Below are positions 14,641-23,428 of a DNA stretch of 64,000 bases, in pieces. Every line of letters begins with the position of its first letter. Within the stretch, counting starts at the first letter, position 1. The translations under genes were made by a program, and so were the position numbers. The DNA lies in IMG/VR virus record IMGVR_UViG_3300009008_000005, positions 64,001 to 128,000 of that record, one strand, 5' to 3'. The notes beneath the pieces are model-generated. The model made no database searches. It was not told where the DNA came from and saw only the letters and a list, made by a program, of their open reading frames with translations. This stretch comes from a virus.

Positions 14641-16011
14641 TTATGTCCACAGGATGGGCACGTGGGCAGACCCAGTAGTCTCGAACGTGAGCTTCCTTCG
14701 TGTGGTGAACGGGTACGCAGAGGCACGATCCATCGTCGTAGCAGTTACCCAGGCAGCACCATCCCACAGCTCGCAGATGACATCAGTGTTTGTGTCCTTC
14801 ACCAACGCCGTCACGACCTCCATCTTGATCCCCGGGAAGGGAAGGGGATCTGCGATGTAAATGCAGTCACCCGCCGCAGCACCAGCGGGGAACTGGAACG
14901 TGGATCCAGTCTGACTACGGGCAGCGGCGGTCACACTGGTGAACCTGGACCCGGAAGGCTCCGACGCAGCGTACTGATGGACCTCCATGGCCCAAGCATA
15001 GGAGTCCCCCTCCCCAAAGGTCGACTCGAAGCCCATACCTGGGAGGCCAGTGGCGTTCTCCCCGATAGTACACATCGCCTCGTCACCAGCGATGGAGGTG
15101 TCCATGAAGGACATGTGTACATCGCTTGAAGCATTCAGGGTCAGCTTCGACCGGTCCAAGTCACCACCGGAGATCAGTACGGTATCCCCAGCAGCGGTCA
15201 CCACATGGTTCGTGGATGACCCATCAATCCGGAATCCGATGAGCGCTACCTCAGCCCCATTGACAGTCTGAAGCCCTGTAGTCACGAATCCCGTAGATAC
15301 CGCACTACCATGGATGACACCTCCGTCATTGAAGATGCCTATACCCGCTCCCTGACTACGGAGAATGGCGCTGAAGATATGAACAGTACCGCCTCCGTCC
15401 ACCCAGAGCCCACGGGTGAAGGTGGTGTTTGCGTTCGTATGCACGTTTGTGATGTTGAGGGAGCCGGAGTCGATCTTGATAAGATTCGTCAGAGTAGGAG
15501 ACCCAGTAAACATGAAGTCAGATATCTCCATGATACCGGAAGAGTCGATCTGGATCCCTGTCGTCCCCGTACCGCCTAGTACATTGATCTGCCTACCGAT
15601 GATGCTGCCTGCGTTCGACGAGCACAGGAATCCGATGTCCCCGTTCGTAGAGAAGCAGTCATGAAGCTCAATGTCGTACTTCCCTGCAGGGATGTAGAAG
15701 GAGGCCGTACCCGGATCAGACTGAGCTGCCCACTTCACCCTGAGGCCGATGACCTCACAGTCCTTCCCGATGGTGATCGCATGGGACGATGCATCATTCG
15801 GTACAATCCTGGTAACCTCGTGCCGACCAGGGGCGAAGAGGGTCACGTAGTCAGGGACAACAATTGGGTCCTCAATGTAAGTACCTGGGTAGACTTCGAT
15901 GAGCATCCGATTGTTGGTGTTCACAACCAGAGCTGCTGCGTCGCACGCATCCTTCACGGAGGTGTAGTCACCACCAGCGGTGGCTACCGTATACACCTGG
16001 GCGTACGACAC
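14641..16011 (-). CDS. Tail fibre/tailspike with pectin-lyase-like beta-helix (downstream part)
   Basis: GGDYTSVKDA ... IEVYPGTYIE start-of-helix motif; Gly/Ile/Thr-rich repeats. Confidence 0.75.
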   Translation of the reverse strand: MSYAQVYTVATAGGDYTSVKDACDAAALVVNTNNRMLIEVYPGTYIEDPIVVPDYVTLFAPGRHEVTRIVPNDASSHAITIGKDCEVIGLRVKWAAQSDPGTASFYIPAGKYDIELHDCFSTNGDIGFLCSSNAGSIIGRQINVLGGTGTTGIQIDSSGIMEISDFMFTGSPTLTNLIKIDSGSLNITNVHTNANTTFTRGLWVDGGGTVHIFSAILRSQGAGIGIFNDGGVIHGSAVSTGFVTTGLQTVNGAEVALIGFRIDGSSTNHVVTAAGDTVLISGGDLDRSKLTLNASSDVHMSFMDTSIAGDEAMCTIGENATGLPGMGFESTFGEGDSYAWAMEVHQYAASEPSGSRFTSVTAAARSQTGSTFQFPAGAAAGDCIYIADPLPFPGIKMEVVTALVKDTNTDVICELWDGAAWVTATTMDRASAYPFTTRRKLTFETTGSAHVPILWT

Positions 16012-16063
16012 GGCTACTGGATCTTCCCAGCCCGCCCCATCGGCACCATCAGCAGTGAATACC

Positions 16064-16378
16064 TTACCCTCTGCATCCCCCAGTAGCCAGGAGTGTGTCA
16101 GCCTCTACGGGCTCCCAATCTTCCCACGCTGATGACCCATCGCCCTGCCCACGCAGGTATCTTCCATCAGGTACACCTGTACTCTTGATCGCCGTGCCCT
16201 CTGGAGTAGCGGGACCGGCATCTTCAAGGGCCTGTATGCGAGCATCGGCCCCGTCCATCTCACCCTCAAGATTCACGAAGGCGTCATCGGTATCCGCACG
16301 TAAGTCTGAGCCTACACGATCCGCTCTGTTCAGGTGTGGGTACTTCGGTCCGTCTACTAGACTTCTACTTCTGGCCAT
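16064..16378 (-). CDS. N-terminal part of the same tail fibre (frameshift at G5 run 16077-16081)
   Basis: Removing one G gives ...LLATGDAEGKVFTADGADGAGWED in frame with 14641..16011. Confidence 0.7.
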   Translation of the reverse strand: MARSRSLVDGPKYPHLNRADRVGSDLRADTDDAFVNLEGEMDGADARIQALEDAGPATPEGTAIKSTGVPDGRYLRGQGDGSSAWEDWEPVEADTLLATGGCRG

Positions 16379-16709
16379 TATTCCTCCTACCCCTTGAGAT
16401 TCGTAGGGCTAGAGCTAGCGCAGCCGCTGATGGTAGTCCTACGGCTGTCCCTGTGGCTATGGAAGCGTTGCGTATGGGGATCTTAGGGAATTTCCCTAAG
16501 GGTCGCTTAGGTACCTTCCCAAAGAGCTTGCGTAATACCCAGCCTTTCAGTCCCTTCTTACGATTTAGCTCGGAGAACGTATCTCCGACGCCGGAGTTGA
16601 TTCCGTCGAAGATGGCTTTAGTCTTGAGGTAGTCCTTTATACCTACCCCTGCACCAATGCCTGCCCCGCCTACGATCCCACCTGCAAGGTCTCTATAACC
16701 GTCTTTCAT
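16365..16709 (-). CDS. Basic Gly-rich protein, putative virion-internal
   Basis: K/R/G/A-rich; part of the minus-strand block. Confidence 0.65.
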   Translation of the reverse strand: MKDGYRDLAGGIVGGAGIGAGVGIKDYLKTKAIFDGINSGVGDTFSELNRKKGLKGWVLRKLFGKVPKRPLGKFPKIPIRNASIATGTAVGLPSAAALALALRISRGRRNNGQK

Positions 16710-17271
16710 ATGCTGGTACCTGGTCCATTTTAGTGACGACCTTCTTCTGCATCTTTGGACGTATCCGAAGTGGGTAGCCAGAAGCTGCTAGCGGGTCGAG
16801 GCCTAGATATTTCTTACCCTTCGCAAGAGCTGCCATACTCGCAAGTCCAGTACCTGGAATACCACCACCCAGCACCGCACCTGGAAGAGAACCTACGTAC
16901 GCATCGGGATGCTGCACTGCGATAGGGATAACATTCTTAGAGAACCCCTTCGCAGCCTTGCGGGCTACCCACGTCCATAGGTTCTCGCCCTGCTGGGTGA
17001 AGTGCTCCTTCGGTATCTTCCGTAGAGCTTTCTCGCTGGCCTCATGACCCAAGCTATGGGCTAAAACCCTACCCGCCAACTCCCTGTCATCAAGTTGCTT
17101 ACTAGTTCTATGCATAGACTTCGGGATAAAAAGCCGCATGTTCTCGGTCCCCTTGAAGGGTACCTGTACGGCCTTTCGTATCAGCTTGTCAGCTCTAAGA
17201 AGAAAGGCTTGCTTCTCTTTCTCCTGATTGTATGTCTGTAAGGCGAAGCCCAGCTTTGTGACCTCTGGCAT
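16693..17271 (-). CDS. Basic protein, putative virion-internal
   Basis: N-terminal TKLGFALQTY..EKQA motif. Confidence 0.7.
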   Translation of the reverse strand: MPEVTKLGFALQTYNQEKEKQAFLLRADKLIRKAVQVPFKGTENMRLFIPKSMHRTSKQLDDRELAGRVLAHSLGHEASEKALRKIPKEHFTQQGENLWTWVARKAAKGFSKNVIPIAVQHPDAYVGSLPGAVLGGGIPGTGLASMAALAKGKKYLGLDPLAASGYPLRIRPKMQKKVVTKMDQVPAYERRL

Positions 17272-17744
17272 TACCTGCTCCTGAACTTAGGGAGTTTCTT
17301 TATGGAATCATCGATGCGATCCGTGCGGAGGGAGGCCATTGATGACATTAGCTTCGTAACAGCATCGTCTACGTTAGTCCCGGGTTCGAGCGGGATCTGG
17401 CCCACCCTACGGGCCTTCAGCACATCATCTAGCACTGCCTGCTGTACGTCTAGAGGAGCAGCCTTGAATGCCGGGGGAGCTTTGAAGGATGGTGGCTTAG
17501 GGGAAGAGCCGAACATGCCCTGCATGAGCTTGCTGACGTCATAGTCGACCTTGTCACGGCTCATGATACGCCCCTTGTCAAATCGGGGTAGAGTCCTAGC
17601 CTCATGATGACCGGCCCTGACGTCCTGGATCAGCGTGTCGTCGTACTTGTTGAGTGCGTCCGTAAGGACCTCGGTCAGCTGCTTTCTCACAGCCTTCCTA
17701 CGGGATCCTCTCCGGAACAGGTCAAAAGCTCTACCGAAGCGCAT
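17271..17744 (-). CDS. Basic hypothetical protein
   Basis: Coupled to the next gene; K/R-rich. Confidence 0.7.
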   Translation of the reverse strand: MRFGRAFDLFRRGSRRKAVRKQLTEVLTDALNKYDDTLIQDVRAGHHEARTLPRFDKGRIMSRDKVDYDVSKLMQGMFGSSPKPPSFKAPPAFKAAPLDVQQAVLDDVLKARRVGQIPLEPGTNVDDAVTKLMSSMASLRTDRIDDSIKKLPKFRSR

Positions 17745-17776
17745 AGCGTTCCCCCTAGATAGTTACCTCGGTGCTC

Positions 17777-18349
17777 TTATACCTCGGTCCCGTAGGCTAT
17801 TAGCTTCAGGTTGGGCCTGTAGAGGGCCCAACCGATCAGCTTGTCCTCGGTCAGATGCACTCGCTCTAACACATCCAATATTGTAGCAGACCTGTCCACG
17901 AAGGGGCCATGTTTGCCCCAATTTCCAGTGTGGAAGTACCCTCCGTCTCTCTCAAAGAGACAGAGGTTATGACCACCAGTACGTTTCTTATCCGACATCC
18001 AGGACACACTAATGACCTTGGGGTGGTACTCAGGGCGGATCGAAGCTGCGCACCATACAGCAAACTCATCGCAGTCTAGAGCGCCCTTAGGTTGTGGCCT
18101 CCCCTTAGAGACCTCACTGATGCAGTACGCAACCCAATGCGGGGAGCCGACCGCATCCCATAGTTCCCTCTTGCCGTCCTTCGTCCAGGTCAGCTTCTTA
18201 GCCATAGCCGTGGCCGTACCAGGTTTCAGGTCTGCAGACACGGTGTAATTCTTGTACTTACGATGATACAGCCACCTGTAGAATCTGGACCACAGAAAGT
18301 ACAGGCGGGTGAACATCAGGAAAGAGTAGCCTTGTTTCCAGAACCACAT
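17777..18349 (-). CDS. Transglutaminase-like/papain-fold cysteine protease
   Basis: ALDCDEFA ... GGHNLCLF ... FHTGNWG. Confidence 0.6.
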   Translation of the reverse strand: MWFWKQGYSFLMFTRLYFLWSRFYRWLYHRKYKNYTVSADLKPGTATAMAKKLTWTKDGKRELWDAVGSPHWVAYCISEVSKGRPQPKGALDCDEFAVWCAASIRPEYHPKVISVSWMSDKKRTGGHNLCLFERDGGYFHTGNWGKHGPFVDRSATILDVLERVHLTEDKLIGWALYRPNLKLIAYGTEV

Positions 18350-18405
18350 GCGCCACCTCCTACCCAAGAGTATGCCTTACGGCATGCCTCAGAGACAACC
18401 CGAGG

Positions 18406-18420
18406 TATTTCGGCGAAATA
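18406..18420. promoter_or_regulatory. 15-bp palindromic operator
   Basis: TATTTCGGCGAAATA, 4 nt before ATAAGAA. Confidence 0.75.
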
Positions 18421-18461
18421 CGGAATAAGAACTGTGGAGACAACCCACAAAGGAGCTTCCG

Positions 18462-18941
18462 ATGCCACCTGATGAATGGATAATGCGACCGACTGTAGCC
18501 TACCATCCTGCGGAGGAGCCGAGAGTCCGTGAGCGACGAACCTTCGCCGTACAGGCGAAGGAGGTGCTCGACGAATACTTCAAGACCCTCATCACGCCAC
18601 CTTCCCTTGACGACCTGAGCAGGCTGGAGAAGCTGCTGGAGGAGAGGCTCGGACTCCTCTGTAGCATCCAACAATCCAACATCTCCCTTGCTGACAACAG
18701 GATCTCCATGGCTGTGGTGCGCCGGGAGCGGGTCAGTATCTCCGACGAGCATATAACCCTCCGCATGGGTCGCACTCTCAATGAGGGGGAGGTCTCACTG
18801 GTCGTGAACACCAACGCAGGGGTGCGAGGGGCCTCTACCGAGGTCGGCTGGTGCCATAACTGCGACTCCCTGCCCTACAACTGTGGTTGCCGTGGTCAGC
18901 GCTTCTCCCCGAGGGAGACCGGTGTCGCAGCCACTGGGTAG
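18462..18941 (+). CDS. Hypothetical protein with WCxxC..C.C motif
   Basis: AAGGAG RBS, palindrome and ATAAGAA upstream; GWCHNCDSLPYNCGC. Confidence 0.7.
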   Translation: MPPDEWIMRPTVAYHPAEEPRVRERRTFAVQAKEVLDEYFKTLITPPSLDDLSRLEKLLEERLGLLCSIQQSNISLADNRISMAVVRRERVSISDEHITLRMGRTLNEGEVSLVVNTNAGVRGASTEVGWCHNCDSLPYNCGCRGQRFSPRETGVAATG

Positions 18942-19368
18942 CTTCATTGACTCCAAGGTCCGGAACTTCTTCCGGGCCGTGGACGCTATAGGTCCTACGG
19001 AGTTAGAAGCGCTGCGGAGAGAGCTGCTGGAAGCGTACGGATTGAACGCATTCGTGAGCTTCCTACCTGGAGGCTCGTTCGGGGTCAAGATCACCGGCCG
19101 AACGGGATACTCCGCAAGGCAGCTATCTCTACGTCTAGAGGAGGACGTAGAGATATACAGTGTAAGTCGGCTGGCGCATAACTGGTGTTCTACCTGCGAC
19201 CTTCCTAGGGCGAGGTGCAGCCACAGCAGGGCCTACGGGTGGGGAACCCCATATGGAGCGGCTAACACGATACAGGACACCATAAGGTACTACACGAGCA
19301 CCGCTTCCAATTCGACATTCAACCTGGATCCGATGTGGGGTACTACGAGCGCTACAACATATCGGTGA
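18883..19368 (+). CDS. Hypothetical protein with WCxxC..C.H motif (start uncertain)
   Basis: NWCSTCDLPRARCSH; followed by terminator. Confidence 0.55.
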   Translation: MVAVVSASPRGRPVSQPLGSFIDSKVRNFFRAVDAIGPTELEALRRELLEAYGLNAFVSFLPGGSFGVKITGRTGYSARQLSLRLEEDVEIYSVSRLAHNWCSTCDLPRARCSHSRAYGWGTPYGAANTIQDTIRYYTSTASNSTFNLDPMWGTTSATTYR

Positions 19369-19369
19369 G

Positions 19370-19392
19370 AAAGGGGGCTTCGGCCCCTTTTT
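19370..19392. terminator. Bidirectional terminator
   Basis: AAAGGGGGC-TTCG-GCCCCTTTTT between convergent genes. Confidence 0.8.
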
Positions 19393-19394
19393 AC

Positions 19395-19658
19395 CTAGGG
19401 CTCGGAGACTTCTTTGAGAGCTTCATACCTCGCTCGGAGGTCTTTTATGATCTCCTGTAGGCCTTGCTCATACTCCATGCGGTCAGACATCCAGCCGTCT
19501 GTGACCTCATACCAGCCCTTGTCCTCGTCCTCCTTCACCTCGGCCTTGGTGACGAAAACAGGCTTGTCCCGGTACGGATCCTTCTTGCAGTACGGCTTGC
19601 AGATTCCGTAGCAACCAGAAAGGGAGAGGAGTGCCACCCATAGTAATAGATTTCGCAA
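19395..19658 (-). CDS. Lipoprotein, o-spanin candidate
   Basis: Signal peptide with lipobox LSGC; in the block containing the holin. Confidence 0.55.
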   Translation of the reverse strand: MRNLLLWVALLSLSGCYGICKPYCKKDPYRDKPVFVTKAEVKEDEDKGWYEVTDGWMSDRMEYEQGLQEIIKDLRARYEALKEVSEP

Positions 19659-19661
19659 GAG

Positions 19662-20348
19662 TCACCTCAGTAGATTGCGAAGAAGCCCTGTTAGTACCTT
19701 CCTACCGTCACGACCTTTTCGGATCCTACGAGCGAAATCCTCCCCGATGTCCATACTAGAGGTGTCCCAAGTAGGAATAGAGGACGGAGCATTATCCCGG
19801 AGTATCTTCATAGCTTGATCGCCAAGACCCCGCTGCTGGGCCGCACGCAACAGCCTCACGTGCTTCTTCGTCAGGTGGGAAGAAACAAGAGGAGGTGCGT
19901 GCTGAAAAGGTTTAGCACCGCCCTCTACTTTTGTTATGAACTTCGCTGGGATTCTCTTCCGCACCACTTTCTCGTCGTGGGTGCCCATTCCACCAAGACG
20001 TAAGGAGTCTTCCAAGGAGTCTGGGATATCAATCTTGATAACCCCACCCGAAGGTTTCCAAGGATTGGGGGCTAGGAAATGCTTCTCCTGTGGTGTCATT
20101 CCCAATGAACCCAAGAACTTGAGCTGTTTTATTCGTGCTTTACTGGGGACAGCATGTCGGTTGTTGCCCTCAAGAATATTGGATGCACCAACCCGGGCGT
20201 AACGCTTAGCGAGATCTGGGTCACCGGTTACGTAAGTGCCCTCTGGGAGCCCTTCCCGTAGAACATCTGCAATGAAAGGCTCACCCATACCACGGTAGTA
20301 TGTCTTAGCGTACTTATAGAGGGCCAAGCCTTCCTGTAGATGCAGCAT
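19662..20348 (-). CDS. ADP-ribosyltransferase-fold protein
   Basis: YYRG ... GTYVTGDPDLAKRYA ... GGVIKIDIP ... HDEKVVRKRIPAKFI. Confidence 0.55.
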   Translation of the reverse strand: MLHLQEGLALYKYAKTYYRGMGEPFIADVLREGLPEGTYVTGDPDLAKRYARVGASNILEGNNRHAVPSKARIKQLKFLGSLGMTPQEKHFLAPNPWKPSGGVIKIDIPDSLEDSLRLGGMGTHDEKVVRKRIPAKFITKVEGGAKPFQHAPPLVSSHLTKKHVRLLRAAQQRGLGDQAMKILRDNAPSSIPTWDTSSMDIGEDFARRIRKGRDGRKVLTGLLRNLLR

Positions 20349-20352
20349 CCCC

Positions 20353-20712
20353 TTACCTCGACCAAATAGAAGCCCTATTCGGCTGCTCGAACCTTGGCTC
20401 CCCGTAGCTGTTCAAGGCTTCTTCAGACAGGTATTTTCTGAGAGATACGTTCCTCTTGTATGCGTCCTTGTTAGCGTACACATTCCCTACGCCACCCGGA
20501 GTACCCTTCGTCTTCAAGAGTGGCCGGTAGTCAGGATCCTGCCCCTGTCTGTAACCACTGCTCCCAGACGTGTAGACATTCCACCTGGGGACTCGCTTGA
20601 AGCTGTATTTCTTGCTCTTGTCGCTCCTAGCACCAGGATCAGCTGCTAACTTGAGCCTACGGGCTAGCTTTAGGAACTCTTTCGGGGACTTTTTTCTCCT
20701 GGGTTCGTGCAT
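20353..20712 (-). CDS. Basic protein, putative virion-internal
   Basis: KKSPKEFLKLARRLKLAA N-terminal motif. Confidence 0.7.
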   Translation of the reverse strand: MHEPRRKKSPKEFLKLARRLKLAADPGARSDKSKKYSFKRVPRWNVYTSGSSGYRQGQDPDYRPLLKTKGTPGGVGNVYANKDAYKRNVSLRKYLSEEALNSYGEPRFEQPNRASIWSR

Positions 20713-20731
20713 GGCTGCACCTCCTCAGGAG

Positions 20732-20977
20732 TCATTTTGGCATAGAGGGACGCTTCTTGGGAAGAGGGACATTCCGGCCATGCTTGGCGAACGCCGCAGC
20801 AATGGCGTCCGCATCCCCCTTATTGAGAGCCGTGGCAAGATCTGAAAGAGCTCCGTTCTGGGCCTCTTCGAAAGTCTCAGGCTGGTTCTTCTCTGCGGCC
20901 TTATCAGAGATCCAGGTGATGAGGGCTGGTAGGAAGACGGCGAGAATGGAACCAATGATCTGCAGTATAGCTTCCAT
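20732..20977 (-). CDS. Single-TM protein, i-spanin or holin-like
   Basis: N-terminal TM IIGSILAVFLPALITWI. Confidence 0.55.
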   Translation of the reverse strand: MEAILQIIGSILAVFLPALITWISDKAAEKNQPETFEEAQNGALSDLATALNKGDADAIAAAFAKHGRNVPLPKKRPSMPK

Positions 20978-20986
20978 TAGCTTCTC

Positions 20987-21268
20987 CTAAAGACTAAGCC
21001 CTAGAGTTAGTTCTCGGGGCTTAGGTCTACCTGGGCCCTTGATCCTTCGGCCACCTGGCATGCCTTCAATGGGCTCTTCCCACACACCAGCTCGCCAGTT
21101 AGGCTCATACTTACGTTTGGGTTTACGACTGTTTATGATCTTGTTCAGGTCCCCGCTGTCCGTCATCCGCCTAAAGGTAGTAAGGGTGTTTTTATCTTCT
21201 ACGCCAGCAGCCTGGAGGTAGCCCTTCTCCTTCGCCCGGAAGTCCTGCTGGCGCTTCCCCTTCTTCAC
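20987..21268 (-). CDS. Basic hypothetical protein
   Basis: K/R-rich; ATGA overlap. Confidence 0.65.
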   Translation of the reverse strand: MKKGKRQQDFRAKEKGYLQAAGVEDKNTLTTFRRMTDSGDLNKIINSRKPKRKYEPNWRAGVWEEPIEGMPGGRRIKGPGRPKPRELTLGLSL

Positions 21269-22164
21269 ATCACTAAGGAGGGTTGTGCTTCCTTCAACCT
21301 AAAGGCTAGCTTCATGAAGTGCCCAGGTGAGGACTTCTTCACCTTCAGCTGCTTCTTCTTGTCAAAGTGTCTCTTCGCAAACATCCCAGTGCCAATACTA
21401 CCGACCAATGAGGGTAAGAGACTTGAAGCATACGTCCCGAAGGCCGCTGCCAATGGACGATACTTCCGGATCTTCTTGAACTTCGCCGGACCTACCGCCT
21501 TGCGCAGCTTCCGCAGACCTCTGAGAGAAGCTCTACCCTCTTCCCATGCTACCGTTGCAGCTGGGATAGATGTGGCTGCGGTGATACCGCCTGCCGTAAG
21601 AGCCTTCTGCTTGTCTGTCATCTTGTCCGTAGCACCGAGACCTATGAGTGCGGCACCTTGAATGGCCCCCATAGGGAGCCTCCCTAGTGCACCTGTGTTG
21701 AACTTCTGGTAGATCTTTGAGGGTAGCGCACGTCCTCCCAAGTGCCCAAGCTCATGGGAGTAAAGAGCCGGAGAAGGTCCAGTAACGACGGCACCTTTTT
21801 GCTTCGGACCCAGTAGAGACTTTACCTTCTTAGCGAAAGTAGCGATATCAGGGTCGGGATCCTTGCTGAAGTGGTCCACAGCCTCTCGGCTGTAAGAGAT
21901 GCCGCTGAGGGGTACCCCGGTGCTCTTCTCGAACTCCTTCGGGGTGAAGAACCTTACCCTGCCTTTAGGATCCATCTTTTGACGAATCTTTGTGAAGTCG
22001 GCCTCAGGGACAAGGTGATTCCCCATAGCAGCAAGGGACAGACCTCCGCCTGCCATCTGCGCCAATTCCCCTGCACCCAAGAAACCCGCTAGACCAAGAC
22101 CTACCTGCCTAGCGCCAGCCTCATCATCGGAGATGAGTTTTTTCTTTTTCCTGCCCCAGGCCAT
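21265..22164 (-). CDS. Basic protein with YugP-like Zn-metallopeptidase domain
   Basis: SHELGH ... WEEGRASLRGL ... LAAAFGTY; C-terminal FMKLAFRLKEA. Confidence 0.6.
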   Translation of the reverse strand: MAWGRKKKKLISDDEAGARQVGLGLAGFLGAGELAQMAGGGLSLAAMGNHLVPEADFTKIRQKMDPKGRVRFFTPKEFEKSTGVPLSGISYSREAVDHFSKDPDPDIATFAKKVKSLLGPKQKGAVVTGPSPALYSHELGHLGGRALPSKIYQKFNTGALGRLPMGAIQGAALIGLGATDKMTDKQKALTAGGITAATSIPAATVAWEEGRASLRGLRKLRKAVGPAKFKKIRKYRPLAAAFGTYASSLLPSLVGSIGTGMFAKRHFDKKKQLKVKKSSPGHFMKLAFRLKEAQPSLVM

Positions 22165-22985
22165 TAGTCCCTGAACCTACCTACGTGAGAGTCGAAGTAG
22201 CCCTTCAGGTCGTTCTCACGAGCCTTCATGTTCATCGTTGGCTTGAGCCGTCCGGAGGAGATCTCCTTCTTTAGGAACTTCGCCCTGTCCTCATTCGAGG
22301 ACAGATTGTAGAGCTTGCGAGCCAGAGGATCCTTCAAACCCTTCCTGATAGAATCTCCGGCCTTGTAGGGAGAGCCTCCCTGGGCCTGGTGGGCGATGTA
22401 GTTCAAGCCTGACATACGCCCGACACGCTGCTTCCGAAGTGCAGACACCTGATCACGGATATGTGGCGCAATGAGCTTTCGGCCTTCCCGACGACCTTCC
22501 CTACGCTTCTTCTTCCCCAGGTGTGATCCTGCAAAACCACCTGCAGCTCCACCAAGGATTGAGAGCGCACCAGCAGCACCTCCGCCTATCCGCTTCTTCA
22601 GGAGCTGTGGTAGGGCCCAGCCCGCTACACCTCCACCCATAAGACCTAGCGCACCCATCCTACCGCCACGGATGTACTTCTTGTGGGCGTCCTTGTACTC
22701 CTGGGAAGACGTAGTCTTCTTGGACTGCTCACGCAGAGCCTCTAGGTGGTCAGCAGGTGACATCTTAGCAGAGTTCTTTTCGATGTATTCCTTACGCTTC
22801 TTCCGCCAAGCCTTCCCCTTCGCATCCTTCCGATAGGCTGCGAAAAGCGGAGCTTTACTGTTCAGGGCGTTATTCTTTTTCGCAAAAGCTGCTGCAGCTC
22901 GCACCTTCGGGTCCTTGGACTTTGAAGGCATAAGCTGGTCCTTTGCCTTCTCCAAAGCTCCCCTGGTCTCGTGCTTCAAACTCAT
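22164..22985 (-). CDS. Basic Gly-rich protein with hydrophobic hairpin
   Basis: K/R-rich with GALGLMGGGVAG and GAAGALSILGGAAGG segments. Confidence 0.7.
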   Translation of the reverse strand: MSLKHETRGALEKAKDQLMPSKSKDPKVRAAAAFAKKNNALNSKAPLFAAYRKDAKGKAWRKKRKEYIEKNSAKMSPADHLEALREQSKKTTSSQEYKDAHKKYIRGGRMGALGLMGGGVAGWALPQLLKKRIGGGAAGALSILGGAAGGFAGSHLGKKKRREGRREGRKLIAPHIRDQVSALRKQRVGRMSGLNYIAHQAQGGSPYKAGDSIRKGLKDPLARKLYNLSSNEDRAKFLKKEISSGRLKPTMNMKARENDLKGYFDSHVGRFRD

Positions 22986-22987
22986 AG

Positions 22988-23350
22988 CTACTCCTTAGGG
23001 GCAGCGGTACCCTCACCTGTTGCACCAACACCCGGTGCCCGTGCGACTGCCGCACCAAGGAGGACTTCGACCTGCTTGTCTGTGAGCTTGGGATACTCCG
23101 CCTTCACCGCAGCGATGGCGACCTTCGCCTTCTCCTCACCAGAGGGCTTAGACTCAGGGGCTTCCTTGATCTTCCGTGCGGCCCACTCCTCTACGAAGTC
23201 CACGACAGTGGTGACCCACTGCATGATCTGCTCCTTCTCGATCTTGAGCTTGAGTTTCTTCGCCAGGGCCAGCAGTCCCCATGTAAGGGAAACAGCGATG
23301 AGTCCACCGATAAAAGGCAACATTTCGATGACATTCGTCTTCCAATCCAT
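22988..23350 (-). CDS. Holin (LL-H family-like)
   Basis: One N-terminal TM, then VDFVEEW ... SGEEKAKVAIAAV. Confidence 0.65.
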   Translation of the reverse strand: MDWKTNVIEMLPFIGGLIAVSLTWGLLALAKKLKLKIEKEQIMQWVTTVVDFVEEWAARKIKEAPESKPSGEEKAKVAIAAVKAEYPKLTDKQVEVLLGAAVARAPGVGATGEGTAAPKE

Positions 23351-23428
23351 AAGGACCTCCGTAGTTCAAGCCTAAAGAAAGGATACCCGGAACCCGGGGT
23401 TCGGCGCAAGATTCCTGGCATAAGAAGC

